Shown: in pieces, positions 33,915 to 45,699 of the stretch
Numbering within the stretch: the stretch's first letter is position 1
Layout of the letters: every line of letters starts with the position of its first letter
Assembly (NCBI GenBank): GCA_963828525.1
Contig: CAWHEP010000002.1
Span: 96,001-160,000 of the forward strand
Direction: 5' to 3'
From: an uncultured Verrucomicrobiae bacterium
GTDB taxonomy: Bacteria > Verrucomicrobiota > Verrucomicrobiia > Chthoniobacterales > Chthoniobacteraceae
Length of the DNA stretch: 64,000 nt
The notes under the pieces: generated by a model
What the model saw: only the letters and a program-made list of their open reading frames with translations
What the model was told of the DNA's origin: nothing
The model's database searches: none
Translations under genes and position numbers: made by a program

Positions 33915-34877
33915 CTATTCATGGGCCGCCTTCCGCAGCCGCTCCATGATCGCTCTTCCCAAGCCTTTTTCCGGCAGTTGCTCCACGACGATAAGGTCGA
34001 GCTTTAGCGCGTCCAGTTTGCGCATTACGGAAAACAACCGCGTTGCCGCTTCCCGCAGATCCTGGCGCTCGCTGAACGCTTCCACCGCGACATAGGTCGC
34101 GGGCGCGGGCTGGTTCCACGCGGCCAGTCCGTATCGCGCGCCTTCAGGGACTCGGACCTCGGCCGCGTTTCGCACAATCCGCAACGGAGTGCGCGGCGCG
34201 TAGTGGCTTTTCATCTGCCCCGGGGCTGAGAGCGCCTGCTGCTCACCGACAGCCACCACCCTTCCGCATTCCGCAAGCATCTCTTCCGTCACGGGCCCAT
34301 GGCGCAGTATCTCGATGTCCCTCCCGGTCACCATTATGATGGTGGACTCCAGTCCGTGCGGCGCGCTTCCCCCATCCACGATGAGAGGCACGCGCCCCCC
34401 GAGTTCCTCCGCGACATCATCCCGACTGGTGGGGCTTATTCTTCCGAAACGGTTGGCGCTGGGAGCCGCGAGAGGTCCTCCAAACCCCTCAATCACCTCC
34501 CGAAAGAGCGGATGGGCGCTCATCCGAACGGCGACGGTCGGAAGTCCCGCGGCGGTGATGTCCGGTATGACGCCGGTCCTCGGCAGCACTATCGTCAAAG
34601 GCCCAGGCCAAAACCGGGCGGTTAACTCCCCTATCAGCGTCGCTTCGTCCGCGCCGATCGTTGCGATTCGGTTCAGCCATTGGAGATCGGGGAGGTGAAC
34701 GATGAGAGGATCAAAAAACGGCCTGTTTTTCGCCTCGAAAATCTTTGCCACCGCGTCGGCTCTGGTGGCATCGCCCGCCAGTCCATAGACCGTTTCCGTC
34801 GGCAGAGCGACCACCTCTCCCGCTCGGAGCAGGCTCACGGCTTTCGCCACGATCTCCGCTCGTTCGACTTCTTCCAT
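33915..34877 (-). CDS. sua5: L-threonylcarbamoyladenylate synthase (Sua5 type)
   Basis: PTETVYGL, KNRP..PLIVH, FWPGPLT, AAPSANRFG, APGQMKSHYAP. Confidence 0.93.
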   Translation of the reverse strand: MEEVERAEIVAKAVSLLRAGEVVALPTETVYGLAGDATRADAVAKIFEAKNRPFFDPLIVHLPDLQWLNRIATIGADEATLIGELTARFWPGPLTIVLPRTGVIPDITAAGLPTVAVRMSAHPLFREVIEGFGGPLAAPSANRFGRISPTSRDDVAEELGGRVPLIVDGGSAPHGLESTIIMVTGRDIEILRHGPVTEEMLAECGRVVAVGEQQALSAPGQMKSHYAPRTPLRIVRNAAEVRVPEGARYGLAAWNQPAPATYVAVEAFSERQDLREAATRLFSVMRKLDALKLDLIVVEQLPEKGLGRAIMERLRKAAHE

Positions 34878-34896
34878 TCGCAAGCGCTGGCGCTGG

Positions 34897-36057
34897 TTAC
34901 CTGGCCTTCCCCGCCGTTGAACCCCGGAGGAGAGCGGCGCGGGCGGCCGTCGCCGTCTCCTCTGCCTCGGAGGTGCTCTCGCCAAACGCAAGCAGGTGTC
35001 CCATCTTGCGCCCCTTCCGCGGAATGGCCTTGCCATAGAGGTGCAGCTTGACGGTTGGGAATGCCGTTGCTGCTTCCCAATCCGGTTCCCCGCCTTCCCA
35101 AAGGTCACCAAGCAGATTCGCCATTGCCACAGGGCGAAACAGTTCGCTGGAACCCAGCGGAAGGCCGCATACAGCCCGGAGCTGCTGCTCAAACTGGCTC
35201 GTCACGCAGCCCCCGTATGTGTAGTGCCCGCTGTTATGCGGTCGCGGCGCGAGTTCATTCACCAGTAGCTGGCCATCCTTCAAGAGGAACATCTCCACCG
35301 CGAGGATGCCGACAAGCTCCAGTTTTTCCGCGATCAATGTGGCCATCTCCACAGCCGCGACCCGCGTGGCCTCGCTCACTCGCGCGGGCGCGATCGTGAT
35401 GTCGAGGATGTGATCCCGATGCATATTTTCGCACACCGGATGCGTGACGACCGCGCCATCCACCCCGCGGGCGACGATCACAGATAACTCCTTCGCGAAT
35501 GGGACAAACTTCTCCAGGACAGCCTCTTGCCGGGACGACGCATTCCAGATCTTGACCGGGTCGTCTCCCTCGAAAATGGCATGCTGCCCCTTCCCATCAT
35601 ACCCGAACGCCGCCCCCTTCAGCACTGCGGGAGCGCCAATCTTCGCCAGCGCCTCTGCCAGAGACTGCGCGTCTGTCACCCGCATGAACGGCGCGAGAGG
35701 CAGACCGTTTGCCGATAGAAAACTTTTCTCCCGGAGCCGATCCTGCGAAAGGTGCAAGATTTTCGCGGCGGGACGCGTATCGCAATACTCGCCGCACCAT
35801 TCCAGCGTGAGAGCCGGTATGTTCTCAAACTCAAATGTCAGGACATCCACCGTTTTGGCGAAAGCGCGAACGGCGCGCTCGTCATCGTAACGGGCAACCG
35901 TTCCCGCGTCCGCGACCTGCAGGGCAGGGCTATCCGCCTCGGGGCAAAAACAATGCGCGCGGTACCCCATCCTCCTGGCCTCCGCTATAAACATCCTGCC
36001 GAGTTGCCCGCCTCCCAGCAACCCGATCACGCGACCGGGAAGAATGGGGCCGCTCAT
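34897..36057 (-). CDS. purK: N5-CAIR synthase
   Basis: [40 protein letters not shown]. Confidence 0.97.
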   Translation of the reverse strand: MSGPILPGRVIGLLGGGQLGRMFIAEARRMGYRAHCFCPEADSPALQVADAGTVARYDDERAVRAFAKTVDVLTFEFENIPALTLEWCGEYCDTRPAAKILHLSQDRLREKSFLSANGLPLAPFMRVTDAQSLAEALAKIGAPAVLKGAAFGYDGKGQHAIFEGDDPVKIWNASSRQEAVLEKFVPFAKELSVIVARGVDGAVVTHPVCENMHRDHILDITIAPARVSEATRVAAVEMATLIAEKLELVGILAVEMFLLKDGQLLVNELAPRPHNSGHYTYGGCVTSQFEQQLRAVCGLPLGSSELFRPVAMANLLGDLWEGGEPDWEAATAFPTVKLHLYGKAIPRKGRKMGHLLAFGESTSEAEETATAARAALLRGSTAGKAR

Positions 36058-36551
36058 GGCAACACAGTGCCAAGGGTCTCGGATGTCTGCCGCTCACGAA
36101 AACGCTCCAGGGCATCGCGGATCGCGCTATCGCCAAGCCCGAGGATGCTGGCTGCGAGCAGAGCCGCGTTCTTCGCCCCGGCGGCGCCTATGGCCAGCGT
36201 TCCCACAGGGATTCCCCCGGGCATCTGAACGATCGAGAGGAGCGAATCCATACCCTTCAGTACTTTGCTCTCCACCGGCACGCCAAGCACAGGCAGCCAC
36301 GTATGCGCGGCTATCATGCCCGGAAGGTGCGCCGCGCCTCCAGCCCCGGCTATGATGACTTTGATTCCGCGCGAGGCCGCTTCCGACGCGAACTCCGCCA
36401 TAAGATTTGGGGAGCGATGCGCGGACACAACCCGGTATTCACGCGTGATCCCCAATTCATCCAGCATCTCCACGCTATGGCGCATCGTCTCCCAATCGGA
36501 TTTGCTTCCCATCACCACAGCTACTTGAGGAGTCGTTGCATTCATTGCCAT
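36054..36551 (-). CDS. purE: N5-CAIR mutase
   Basis: [34 protein letters not shown]. Confidence 0.97.
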   Translation of the reverse strand: MAMNATTPQVAVVMGSKSDWETMRHSVEMLDELGITREYRVVSAHRSPNLMAEFASEAASRGIKVIIAGAGGAAHLPGMIAAHTWLPVLGVPVESKVLKGMDSLLSIVQMPGGIPVGTLAIGAAGAKNAALLAASILGLGDSAIRDALERFRERQTSETLGTVLP

Positions 36552-36635
36552 AAGCCAGCGCGACAACCAATTCCCACGGAAACTCACTCCGTGTAAAGGC
36601 GAAAGAAAAAAGAGCTCTCAGACTCAAGCCGCCGC

Positions 36636-36666
36636 TTGACAGGGCGACCCAAAAAACCTTTAGTCT
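36636..36666 (+). promoter_or_regulatory. Putative sigma70 promoter for csp-aroK-queG
   Basis: TTGACA-N17-TTTAGT(CT). Confidence 0.45.
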
Positions 36667-36718
36667 CGCCCGTTCACTGACTTGGGACGCTTTTTTGAGG
36701 GATTACTGAAGGTTGATT

Positions 36719-36931
36719 ATGGAGAGAGGACGGGTAAAATGGTTCGACGAAAAGAAAGGCTTTGGCTTCATCCTTGACCCCGCGGTCAAGGGAGACATTT
36801 TCGTCCATTTCTCTGTGATTCAAGGTCATAGCTACAGGACATTGGAGGAAGGCGAAGAGGTGGAATACGAACTCACTTCCGATGAGAAAGGCCTGAAGGC
36901 CCGCGTGGTTGTCCGATTCACAAAGTCGTGA
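36719..36931 (+). CDS. Cold-shock domain protein
   Basis: GRVKWFDEKKGFGFI, DIFVHFS. Confidence 0.93.
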   Translation: MERGRVKWFDEKKGFGFILDPAVKGDIFVHFSVIQGHSYRTLEEGEEVEYELTSDEKGLKARVVVRFTKS

Positions 36932-37470
36932 ATGAGGCGGGCGGCCGGAATATTGTTCTGGTCGGCTTCATGGGAACGGGCAAATCCTCGGTTGGACGCC
37001 GCATAGCGGGTCAACTTGGCTATCGGTTTGTCGATACCGACAGGCTGGTGGTTGAAAAGACGGGCCTTCCCATCACCGAAATCTTCCGCCTGCGCGGAGA
37101 GGAGCGGTTTCGCGTGGAGGAAACGGAATCTCTCCTTTCCCTCGAAGCCATCAAAGCCCATGTCATCGCCACGGGCGGGGGAGTCGTCACGGTCCCCTCC
37201 AACATCCCCCGGCTTCGAACCTTGGGCCTTGTTGTCTGCCTTACCGCCAGCGAGGAAGTCATCCTGGAAAGAGTCTCCCGCAACGATAAACGTCCGCTTC
37301 TAAAAGATGCCGACCCCGCGGCCCGCATCCGCGAGCTCCTCGCCGCGCGCGCTCCCCTTTACCAGGCAGCGGCGCATTTCACTGTCGACACTTCCCTCCG
37401 CTCACATGATGAAGTCGCCTCCGCGATCATCGCGGAATCGCGCCGCGTCCCTTATGAGTCCGCCGGGTGA
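36928..37470 (+). CDS. aroK: Shikimate kinase
   Basis: GFMGTGKS, GEERFR, IATGGG, RPLL. Confidence 0.93.
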   Translation: MNEAGGRNIVLVGFMGTGKSSVGRRIAGQLGYRFVDTDRLVVEKTGLPITEIFRLRGEERFRVEETESLLSLEAIKAHVIATGGGVVTVPSNIPRLRTLGLVVCLTASEEVILERVSRNDKRPLLKDADPAARIRELLAARAPLYQAAAHFTVDTSLRSHDEVASAIIAESRRVPYESAG

Positions 37471-38518
37471 GCTAAAGTCCGCCCTCTCAGAATTGGCAAA
37501 GTCCCTGGGATTCGCCGTTTGTCGCGTCGCGGCAAGCGGAGCGCCTCCTCATGCCGGAAAGTTTGAGGAGTGGCTCGCGAAGGGTTTCCATGGAGAGATG
37601 GCGTGGATGGCCGCCAACAAAGAGCGACGGACGGATCCTCAAAAAGTGCTGCCCGGAGCCCGCTCGGTGATCGTCCTCGGGATGAACTACTTCCAGGGCG
37701 GCAACCATCCAGGCGGCGGAAAAATCGCGAGGTACGCGTGGGGGGATGATTATCACGACTTGATCGAAAGCCGGCTGCGGCAGATGGCGGCCTTCCTTAG
37801 CCGTCACGGGGGAAGCCAGAAATGCTACGTCGATACAGGCCCCATTCTTGAGCGGGACTTCGCGGCCCTGTCCGGCGCCGGCTGGCATGGCAAGAGCGCG
37901 ATGTTGATCCATCCTCAACTCGGCGCATGGTTTTTCCTCGCGGAAATCCTTACCACGCTCTCCCTTCCGGAGGACGCGCCGATGCCAGATCGTTGCGGCA
38001 CATGCAGCCGCTGCATCACGGCCTGCCCGACAGGAGCCATCGTCTCCCCGGGCAATGTGGACGCCCGGCTCTGCGTTTCCTACCTTACGATCGAACTAAA
38101 GGGAAGCATCCCGCTTGAAATGCGGCCTTTGATCGGAGACCGAATCTACGGCTGCGACGACTGTCTTGCCGCATGCCCGTGGAACCGCTTCGCAACCACC
38201 TCCAGCGAGGCAAGCTTCCAGGCCCGCTCCTCGATCTCCGGCATGGCGCTCCGGGATTATCTCAGCATTGACGAAGTGCAATTCCGCGTTCTTTTCAGGC
38301 GCTCTCCTATCAAGAGGATCAAGCGCCGCGGTCTGCTCCGCAACGTGTGCGTCGCGCTGGGAAACGTCGGTACTCCGGACGATCTCCCCGCGCTGCAAAC
38401 TGCGGCGGCCGATCCTGATCCCCTCGTAGCCGAGCACGCCGCGTGGGCGATCGACTCCATAAGGAAGCGTTCACATCAACCACCCGTCGCAAGCGCGGGC
38501 CCCGCGCTAAATCAATAG
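37454..38518 (+). CDS. queG: Epoxyqueuosine reductase
   Basis: ARYAWGDDYH, VDTGPILER, CGTCSRCITACPT, GCDDCLAACPWN. Confidence 0.95.
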   Translation: MSPPGELKSALSELAKSLGFAVCRVAASGAPPHAGKFEEWLAKGFHGEMAWMAANKERRTDPQKVLPGARSVIVLGMNYFQGGNHPGGGKIARYAWGDDYHDLIESRLRQMAAFLSRHGGSQKCYVDTGPILERDFAALSGAGWHGKSAMLIHPQLGAWFFLAEILTTLSLPEDAPMPDRCGTCSRCITACPTGAIVSPGNVDARLCVSYLTIELKGSIPLEMRPLIGDRIYGCDDCLAACPWNRFATTSSEASFQARSSISGMALRDYLSIDEVQFRVLFRRSPIKRIKRRGLLRNVCVALGNVGTPDDLPALQTAAADPDPLVAEHAAWAIDSIRKRSHQPPVASAGPALNQ

Positions 38519-38527
38519 ACCCCGGCG

Positions 38528-39841
38528 TTAGTAGCGGTAATGGTCAGGCTTGAACGGCCCCTCCACGGGGATGCCGAGGTAATCCGCCTGAGTCTTCGTG
38601 AGCTTGCTCAGTTTCACTCCGAGCTTGTCCAGATGCAGACGCGCGACCTTCTCGTCCAGAGCCTTCGGAAGCACATACACCTTCTTGCCGTAGTTCTTGT
38701 AGTTGGTGAAGAGTTCGATCTGCGCCATTACCTGGTTTGTGAATGAACTGCTCATCACGAAAGAGGGATGCCCGGTCGCGCAGCCCAGATTCATCAAGCG
38801 TCCTTCCGCGAGGATCGTGACGCGCTTGCCGCTCGGCCATTCCACCTGATCCACCTGCGGCTTCACATTGATTCGCTTCATCTTCGGATCCTCAAACACG
38901 CTCGCGACATCGATTTCCAAATCGAAATGGCCGATGTTCGCGACGATCGCCTGGTTCTTCATCGCGTCGAGATGCTCCCGGCGGATGATGTCCCGACAAC
39001 CTGTCGCCGTGATGAAGATGTCGCCCTGCGGCGCGATGTCTTCCAGCGTTGTGACCTGGTAGCCTTCCATCGCCGCCTGCAACGCGCAGATCGGGTCGAT
39101 CTCGGTGATGACGACGCGCGCCCCTTGGCCCTTCAATGATTGCGCGCAGCCCTTGCCCACGTCTCCGTATCCGCATACGACCGCCACCTTGCCCGCCACC
39201 ATTACGTCCGTGGCCCGCTTCAACCCGTCCAGCAGCGACTCGCGGCAGCCATAGAGGTTGTCAAACTTCGCCTTCGTGCAGGAATCGTTCACGTTGAAAG
39301 CGGGGCAGCCGAGCGCTGCCTTCTCCACCATCTGGTAAAGCCGATGCACGCCGGTGGTCGTCTCTTCCGAGATGCCGCGGATGCCTTCAAGAAGCTGCGG
39401 GTACTTTTGATGCACCAGCACCGTCAGGTCTCCGCCATCATCCAATATCATGTTCAGCGGCTGCCCGTCCGGCCAAAAAATGGTCTGCTCGATGCACCAG
39501 TCATACTCCTCCAGGCTTTCCCCTTTCCAGGCGAAGACCGGTATGCCGTTGGCGGCAATCGCGGACGCGGCGTGATCTTGCGTGGAAAAAATATTGCAAC
39601 TCGACCAGCGCACGGACGCGCCCAGTTCGATCAGTGTTTCGATCAACACCGCCGTCTGGATGGTCATGTGCAGGCAGCCCGCGATGCGCGCGCCAGCAAG
39701 CGGTTTCAACGTGCCATACTCCTCGCGCAGGGACATCAACCCTGGCATCTCGGTTTCGGCGATCTCGATCTCTTTGCGTCCAAACTCAGCCAGCTTGATG
39801 TCGGCTACTTTGAAGTCTTCGGTCTTTGTTACTGTGCTCAT
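38528..39841 (-). CDS. ahcY: Adenosylhomocysteinase
   Basis: [41 protein letters not shown]. Confidence 0.98.
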   Translation of the reverse strand: MSTVTKTEDFKVADIKLAEFGRKEIEIAETEMPGLMSLREEYGTLKPLAGARIAGCLHMTIQTAVLIETLIELGASVRWSSCNIFSTQDHAASAIAANGIPVFAWKGESLEEYDWCIEQTIFWPDGQPLNMILDDGGDLTVLVHQKYPQLLEGIRGISEETTTGVHRLYQMVEKAALGCPAFNVNDSCTKAKFDNLYGCRESLLDGLKRATDVMVAGKVAVVCGYGDVGKGCAQSLKGQGARVVITEIDPICALQAAMEGYQVTTLEDIAPQGDIFITATGCRDIIRREHLDAMKNQAIVANIGHFDLEIDVASVFEDPKMKRINVKPQVDQVEWPSGKRVTILAEGRLMNLGCATGHPSFVMSSSFTNQVMAQIELFTNYKNYGKKVYVLPKALDEKVARLHLDKLGVKLSKLTKTQADYLGIPVEGPFKPDHYRY

Positions 39842-39869
39842 ATTTATTACTTTGTGATTTCGTTGTTTG

Positions 39870-41048
39870 CTATGCCGCTGCCCGCTTGAGTTCTTCCACC
39901 TTGTCCGTGCGCTCCCATGTCAGAGCGTCCAGATCATCCGTCCGGCCAAAGTGGCCGTAGTTTGTTGTCTTCCGATAGATTGGGCGTAGCAGATCGAGCT
40001 GCTTGATAATCTCGGCCGGCTTGAAGTTGAACACTTCCAGTATTCCCTTTTCGATCTTCGCCTCATCGCATTTGCCGGTGCCAAATGTATCCACATGCAC
40101 GCTTACTGGGTCGGGGAACCCGATGGCGTATGCGAATTGCACCTCGCATCTGTCCGCAAGTCCCGAGGCGACCACGTTTTTTGCCACATACCGGCCCATG
40201 TAAGCAGCGGAACGATCCACCTTGCTCGGGTCCTTGCCCGAAAATGCGCCTCCCCCGTGCCTCCCCATCCCGCCGTAGCTATCCACAATGATCTTTCTGC
40301 CCGTCAATCCCGAGTCGCCCTCCGGACCCCCGACCACGAATCGGCCCGTCGGGTTGATGAGATAGCGTGTTTTCGCGTCGAGCCATGATTCCGGGATCAC
40401 CTTCTTGATGACCAGCTCGATCAATGTCTCCCGAATTTCGCTGTGCTTCACGCCGTCTGCGTGCTGTGACGAAATAACCACCGTATCCACCCGCAGCGGC
40501 TTGTAGCCCTCGTACTCGATCGATACCTGCGTCTTTGCATCCGGGCGCAGCCACTTCACTTCGCCACTTTTGCGAATCCTCGCGAGCTCGCGCCCCAGCT
40601 TGTGGCTGAACTCGATGGGCGCTGGCATCAACTCGGGCGTTTCATTCACCGCGAACCCGAACATCAGCCCCTGGTCGCCCGCCCCCTGCTCCGCCGTGTC
40701 CTTGCCTTCCGCGGCTTTGGCATCCACTCCCTGTGAGATATCCCACGATTGTGGGCTGATCGCGTGCAGCACCTGGCATGTCTCCGCGTGAAAAAGGCAG
40801 TCCTTGTTTGTGTAGCCGATCCCGCGGATCGCCTCCCGCACTTCCTCTATGTAGTCGAACTTCGCGTCCGTGGTGATCTCCCCGGCGATGACTACCAAGT
40901 TCCCTTTTGCCAGCGTTTCACACGCGACACGGCTTTTCGGGTCTTGCGCAAGACAGGCGTCCAGGATGCGATCGCTGATGGTATCGCAAACTTTATCCGG
41001 GTGGCCTTCAGTGACGGATTCCGAGGAGAAGATGTATCGGCGAGCCAT
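39870..41048 (-). CDS. metK: S-adenosylmethionine synthetase
   Basis: [33 protein letters not shown]. Confidence 0.98.
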   Translation of the reverse strand: MARRYIFSSESVTEGHPDKVCDTISDRILDACLAQDPKSRVACETLAKGNLVVIAGEITTDAKFDYIEEVREAIRGIGYTNKDCLFHAETCQVLHAISPQSWDISQGVDAKAAEGKDTAEQGAGDQGLMFGFAVNETPELMPAPIEFSHKLGRELARIRKSGEVKWLRPDAKTQVSIEYEGYKPLRVDTVVISSQHADGVKHSEIRETLIELVIKKVIPESWLDAKTRYLINPTGRFVVGGPEGDSGLTGRKIIVDSYGGMGRHGGGAFSGKDPSKVDRSAAYMGRYVAKNVVASGLADRCEVQFAYAIGFPDPVSVHVDTFGTGKCDEAKIEKGILEVFNFKPAEIIKQLDLLRPIYRKTTNYGHFGRTDDLDALTWERTDKVEELKRAAA

Positions 41049-41070
41049 GGTCAGCGGGGAAAATATTGAC

Positions 41071-41090
41071 GTATCATGATGACCTGATAT
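41071..41090. promoter_or_regulatory. Putative SahR operator in the metK/sahR divergent spacer
   Basis: Palindrome TATCA-N8-TGATA adjoining TTGACG (41066-41071) in a 54-bp intergenic region. Confidence 0.65.
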
Positions 41091-41102
41091 ATCACCACCG
41101 GA

Positions 41103-42035
41103 ATGCCGTCAATAGTTAAATCGCTGAGACTTCTTTCCGATCCCACTCGCCTGCGCCTGCTGCTCCTCCTCGAGCAGGGCGAACTCTCGGTGGTCGAAAT
41201 CCAGGAAGTTCTCGGCATGGGCCAGTCCCGCATTTCGAGCCATTTGGCGCAGCTAAAGCAGGCGAAACTGGTTCAGGATCGCCGCGCGGGGAAGAACATA
41301 TACTACGGCCTCCGCGCCGATGATGGCGCTGCCGGGGCGCCCTTTCGCGAGATCGTGCGGGCTTCCGCCGCCGAGATTCCCGAGCATGCGCACGACCGCG
41401 AGGCCCTCAAGCTGGTCTTGAGGAAAAGGCAGGACAAAGCCCGCGAGTATTTCGACAGGCTCGCCGGAAAGTTCGGACGCAGCTATTGTCCGGGACGAAC
41501 GTGGAAAGGCCTCGCGCACATGCTGTTCACGCTGCTGCCTCCCATCACGGTGGCCGACCTCGGCGCCGGCGAAGGCACGCTCGCGCAACTGGTCGCCAGG
41601 AACGTAAAGCACGTGATCGCCATCGACAGCTCAGAGAAAATGGTCGAAGTCGGCGCCGCGCTTGCCGCCAAACATGGGTTTGAAAATCTGGAGTACCGAC
41701 TGGGCGATCTCCAGGAACCGCCTATCGCAGCCAGCTCCGTTGACCTCGCGATCCTCAGCCAGGCGCTCCATCACGCGGCCGATCCCCTCAGAGCCTTGCA
41801 AGCCGCCCATGGGATTCTGAAAAAAGGCGGGCGCATCGCCATTTTGGACCTCCTGAATCACAACTTTGAACAGGCGCGCGAACTATACGCCGATCTCTGG
41901 CTTGGCTTTAGCGAAGTCAACCTGCGCGAGATGTTGCGCAAGGCGGGCTTCACTTCCATCGAGATTTCGGTGGTTGCTCGCGAAACCCAGGCCCCTCACC
42001 TCCAGACGGTGTTCGCCACCGCGATCCGAGCGTGA
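41103..42035 (+). CDS. sahR: ArsR-HTH + SAM-methyltransferase-domain regulator (SahR-like)
   Basis: [30 protein letters not shown]; divergent from metK-ahcY. Confidence 0.85.
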   Translation: MPSIVKSLRLLSDPTRLRLLLLLEQGELSVVEIQEVLGMGQSRISSHLAQLKQAKLVQDRRAGKNIYYGLRADDGAAGAPFREIVRASAAEIPEHAHDREALKLVLRKRQDKAREYFDRLAGKFGRSYCPGRTWKGLAHMLFTLLPPITVADLGAGEGTLAQLVARNVKHVIAIDSSEKMVEVGAALAAKHGFENLEYRLGDLQEPPIAASSVDLAILSQALHHAADPLRALQAAHGILKKGGRIAILDLLNHNFEQARELYADLWLGFSEVNLREMLRKAGFTSIEISVVARETQAPHLQTVFATAIRA

Positions 42036-42238
42036 CTCAGGAATTTGGCATTGCCGATGCTATCGTAGAGATGAGGATCGCGATGAATTCCGAAGAAACA
42101 GTGGTGGCAAAGCCGGGTGACGCAGAGATCGACAAGATCAAAAAGCGGCTAAGGTGGTTGCGATGGAAAGGCGACGTGCTGATGCGCGAAGTTCGCCTCA
42201 TAGAGCGCCTGAAAAAAGCAGGCGCGAAGCGTCCCTAG
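42032..42238 (+). CDS. Hypothetical protein
   Basis: 68-aa ORF overlapping sahR stop (GTGA). Confidence 0.35.
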   Translation: MTQEFGIADAIVEMRIAMNSEETVVAKPGDAEIDKIKKRLRWLRWKGDVLMREVRLIERLKKAGAKRP

Positions 42239-42248
42239 CTTCTCTCCT

Positions 42249-42271
42249 CGGGCGTTTGTAGCAAACGCCCG
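42249..42271. terminator. Hairpin between convergent genes
   Basis: CGGGCGTTTG-TAG-CAAACGCCCG, 10-bp perfect stem. Confidence 0.6.
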
Positions 42272-42296
42272 GGCTTTCAGGCTGCGGACCGCCGGT

Positions 42297-42614
42297 TCAG
42301 GCCGAAGTCGGGAGGCCGGTCGCCAGCGGCGCGGCGGCGACGATGCTCAAAGCTTCCAGAGCGGCGGGCAAACCCTTGTATTTCTTACCCGTCTTCTTCA
42401 CAGCCCCTCGCTGCACCAGGTTCTGAAGTTTCTCGTAAGCGCGCAACCGGAGCATCTCTTCTCCTCCGCTGGCCGCGTTCCTCGCCCGCAGATTCAGGTG
42501 GACAATCGTAAACAAAGCCTTGAATTCGAAAGAACTATTTTTGGACAGGACTGAAACCAACTCTTCGGTAATCGTATCCGGGCCCCGGCGCGAAAAGCCA
42601 AACGCTTTTTTCAT
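42297..42614 (-). CDS. Small basic hypothetical protein, possibly winged-helix
   Basis: EEMLRLRAYEKLQNLVQRGAVKKTGKKYKG helix-wing pattern. Confidence 0.6.
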   Translation of the reverse strand: MKKAFGFSRRGPDTITEELVSVLSKNSSFEFKALFTIVHLNLRARNAASGGEEMLRLRAYEKLQNLVQRGAVKKTGKKYKGLPAALEALSIVAAAPLATGLPTSA

Positions 42615-42753
42615 GCGCATTTATAGCACTATTCCCCGGATTGTCCAAGTGGAGTTCGGGTATGCCGCCCAAAACCAGAGTGTCTCCAGCGCCCAGAGCT
42701 GCCGAAACACCGCCACCCAACCAATCCTTTACCACGCTGTCGCCGCGCCGCTC

Positions 42754-43765
42754 TCAGGAGGCCGCGCCTGAATCTTCGGGAAGAACAGGGCCACCCATTC
42801 TGCTCGGCCGGAAAACAAGATAAACCAGCCCGCCGAATAGGCACATCGTTACCACCATGGAGAACGACACGAAGGACGCTGCCAGGGCCTGCGCGCTGCC
42901 GACGTGCGCAAGAACCCCCAGAAATAGCACAAGCAGGTACTCGCGCACTCCAATGCCCGCGACAGTGACCGGGATGGCATTGGAGGCGAGGATGATCAGG
43001 AACGAAGCTTAGCCAAATGCGAAAGGGCACCCGCAATCCCACCGCCACTCCGGCAAGATAAAACAGCGCGCACAGCATAAACTGCGTTACACACGCGGCC
43101 GCGAGCACCTCTGCCACCCGCCTCTTGTTCGCGCTCAGCACTCCCCAGATGCGAGCCGCTTCATCTCGTAGATTATGCGCGGGAAGGGAGCGAAGGCGGT
43201 GTTCGAACCATCGATGCGTCGGATGCCCGGCGAAGAAAAAGAACAGCCCGAAAACGCCCACGCCGATCCCGCCTGAAAGGACCCCGAGCGCCATGAGATG
43301 CGTCTGCCGTGAACCCGAGAGCAGCCTCCACTGCCATGGAAGACATAGCAGCGCGAGGAAAAGAATGCTCGAGAGGCCGATGATACGATCTATCACCACC
43401 GTAGAGCAGGCCTCGCCGACGCGGCCCTTGGCAAATCGTGAGATATATAACATTCGCGTAATGTCATCCCCTGTTGGCCCCGGCATGAACATCGAGAAAA
43501 ATTGCCCGATCTGAGCGATGCAAATCAACGATCCGAGCGGAACCGCAATGTCAAAAAGCGCGAGCAGTCGATGCCACCTCCACCCCGCTATCGCAACCGT
43601 CCCAAAGCAGAGCAGGGTCCCGAAGAGCACCGGCATCCGCCGAGCGCCTCGGATGCTCAGCCAGACATTTCGCGCATCCACCTTGTGGAAGATCAATGTT
43701 AGCACCGCCACGGCAAAGCCGATCTTTAAGGCTAGAAAAAGAGCCCGCTTCGTGGATGCGCCCAT
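42754..43765 (-). CDS. LPG-synthase TM / UPF0104 flippase-like protein (frameshift near 42995)
   Basis: WRWHRLL, GQFFSMFMPGPTGDD, VVIDRIIGL, P.TVAGIGVRE in the shifted frame. Confidence 0.85.
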
Positions 43766-45133
43766 CACGCGGCGGCCTCCGCCCCCTCAAAAATTCCCCT
43801 GCTTCTGGAAATGCTGCCAAACTTTGCCTTCAATTTCAGGAACTTTCGTTCCATGAGGTAATAAGAAGCCGCGGACATCGCAACCAACACCGCCCAAGAC
43901 ATCGCGTAGATATAAACGTTGCGCCAGAACAGGCTGTGGATGAATCCAAATTTCTTCATCAAGTTGATCGTAAATGGGATCGCCAGCCAATTATAAGCAT
44001 AGAGTCCATAGGAGATGCGCCCCAGGAAATCCAGGACGGGATGCTCCAGGCTAATGAGGCGGAGCGGGTTCACTGCCACATTAAGGATCACGAGGACGAA
44101 TAATGCCGAATATATATCGTCGTCTAAGATTCCAAATACGACACCCTTGATGAGGCAGAATGCGAGAAATCCTAAAAAAACGATTTGCGTTAGCCAGTTG
44201 AATTGGATTTTTAACAAAGGGCTTTGCTGTAGACACAGCCAGGCACCCATTCCCCCGATTGCCATGCAGTCTATTCTGAAGAATCCAAAAAACTCCGCCA
44301 CTGTTTTGCAAACGCGCAACGTATGCATGGACGCATCCGCATCGATGCAATACAGCCAGATAAGCGGCGCTTGCTTTTGATAAAACGAGCGCGACAACGA
44401 TCCCCGCCAAGGCTGGGAAGATTTTGCCTTTCAGTATCCGTATAAGAAGGGGCCAAACGAAATAAAAATGCTCCTCGACACTCACGGTCCAAAGAACTCC
44501 TCCAGGAAAGATTCCTGGATAGCTGATTTCAAAGACATGCACCCACATTAAGAGAAACAGCGAAAGCTTGGCGAAATAATGAGCGTGCAGAACCGGGATC
44601 ATTGTCGCTGGTTGCACCAAATGCCATCGCGGCAGAATTGTGAATGCGAAAGCGGTTAGAAAGAAATACACCGGCCAGATACGCAACGCTCGGCGGATGT
44701 AAAAATCCTTGAGGGAAATGGAGCGTGTCTCTCCTACCTCCACCAAGAGCAGATAGGTGATTAGAAAACCGCTCAAGACAAAGAAAAAAGTGACGCCCAG
44801 CGCGCCGGCTCGCAGAAACAGCGGGCTTAAAAGCGATTTCCCTTTCCAGAGGCTGTCTAAACCACTAATAAGCTTCACTTGCTCGACGTGATGGATGTAG
44901 ACCAGGAACGCGGCGATAAATCGAAGCGCATTGAGGCCCGGAAAATGAACCGGCGGACGCCTTGCCTCTGGATTGGGCTGTCTTTTAGCGCGTAGCGCGA
45001 ACAGCGCTGCAATGACTGTCAGTCCCCCCAGCCATGCCTGGTGCGGAAATGGCCCTTTTACGATGCTGTAAATCGAGCCGAAGAAGACTAACAGCGCGGC
45101 GCAAACCAGCCCAGCGCGCGCCGCGTCCCTCAT
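43765..45133 (-). CDS. Acyltransferase family 3 (OafA-like), frameshift near 44370
   Basis: GLNALRFIAA, GVTFFFVLSGFLIT, FYIRRALRIWP, WTVSVEEHFY, LGRISYGLY, SYYLMER. Confidence 0.88.
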
Positions 45134-45699
45134 ACTCCAGCACTCCGGTCGTTCTCGAATTCGCTGCGCGCGCCGATTATAAAGAGACGGATGCCAGCGA
45201 TGACGTTCGCCGCTAAAGCGAGGCGTGTCCGGTTTATATAGTAACGCCCATTTTTCTCAACGATGTCCCCGCTTTCAAGTAGTCGCTTGATGCGCATCCC
45301 TGCAAACGCCTCCTCATTGTAGATTCGGTCAATTTCCTGGAGTGGCATCGGCTCAGGCCTTTCTGCGATCTCCGCGTACAGTCTGATCCGGATGGAGGTT
45401 TGCCCCAGGTTGACCAATCCAAAATAGCAATAAGACAGCGCGGCGTACGTCGGCGCGTTCACTAAAAGCGAAACCGCGCAAGCGTCGGGGCCGCTGTTTG
45501 TTCTGAAGAGCAACGTCTCGAACGCGGCGAGGGCGAGCGCCCCAGTGAAGAACCCGACAAGAACGCAGCGCAGAAAGTTGCGGCCTCGGCTGGCTCTCAC
45601 CGCGAGGACTTGAGCGACCGCGTTGACGCAAAGCGCCGCGAGCGGACTGGCGATCGAACAAATCTGCCAGCCCTCAGCCGCCCTTGGGAATTGCGCCAT
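45130..45699 (-). CDS. Hypothetical membrane protein with winged-helix-like C-terminus
   Basis: About three TM segments then SIRIRL..RIKRLLESGDIVEKNGRY. Confidence 0.65.
   Translation of the reverse strand: MAQFPRAAEGWQICSIASPLAALCVNAVAQVLAVRASRGRNFLRCVLVGFFTGALALAAFETLLFRTNSGPDACAVSLLVNAPTYAALSYCYFGLVNLGQTSIRIRLYAEIAERPEPMPLQEIDRIYNEEAFAGMRIKRLLESGDIVEKNGRYYINRTRLALAANVIAGIRLFIIGARSEFENDRSAGV

Noticed and set aside
41049..41102. SAM or SAH riboswitch upstream of metK
   Set aside because: Spacer is only 54 bp and is explained by promoter and operator elements
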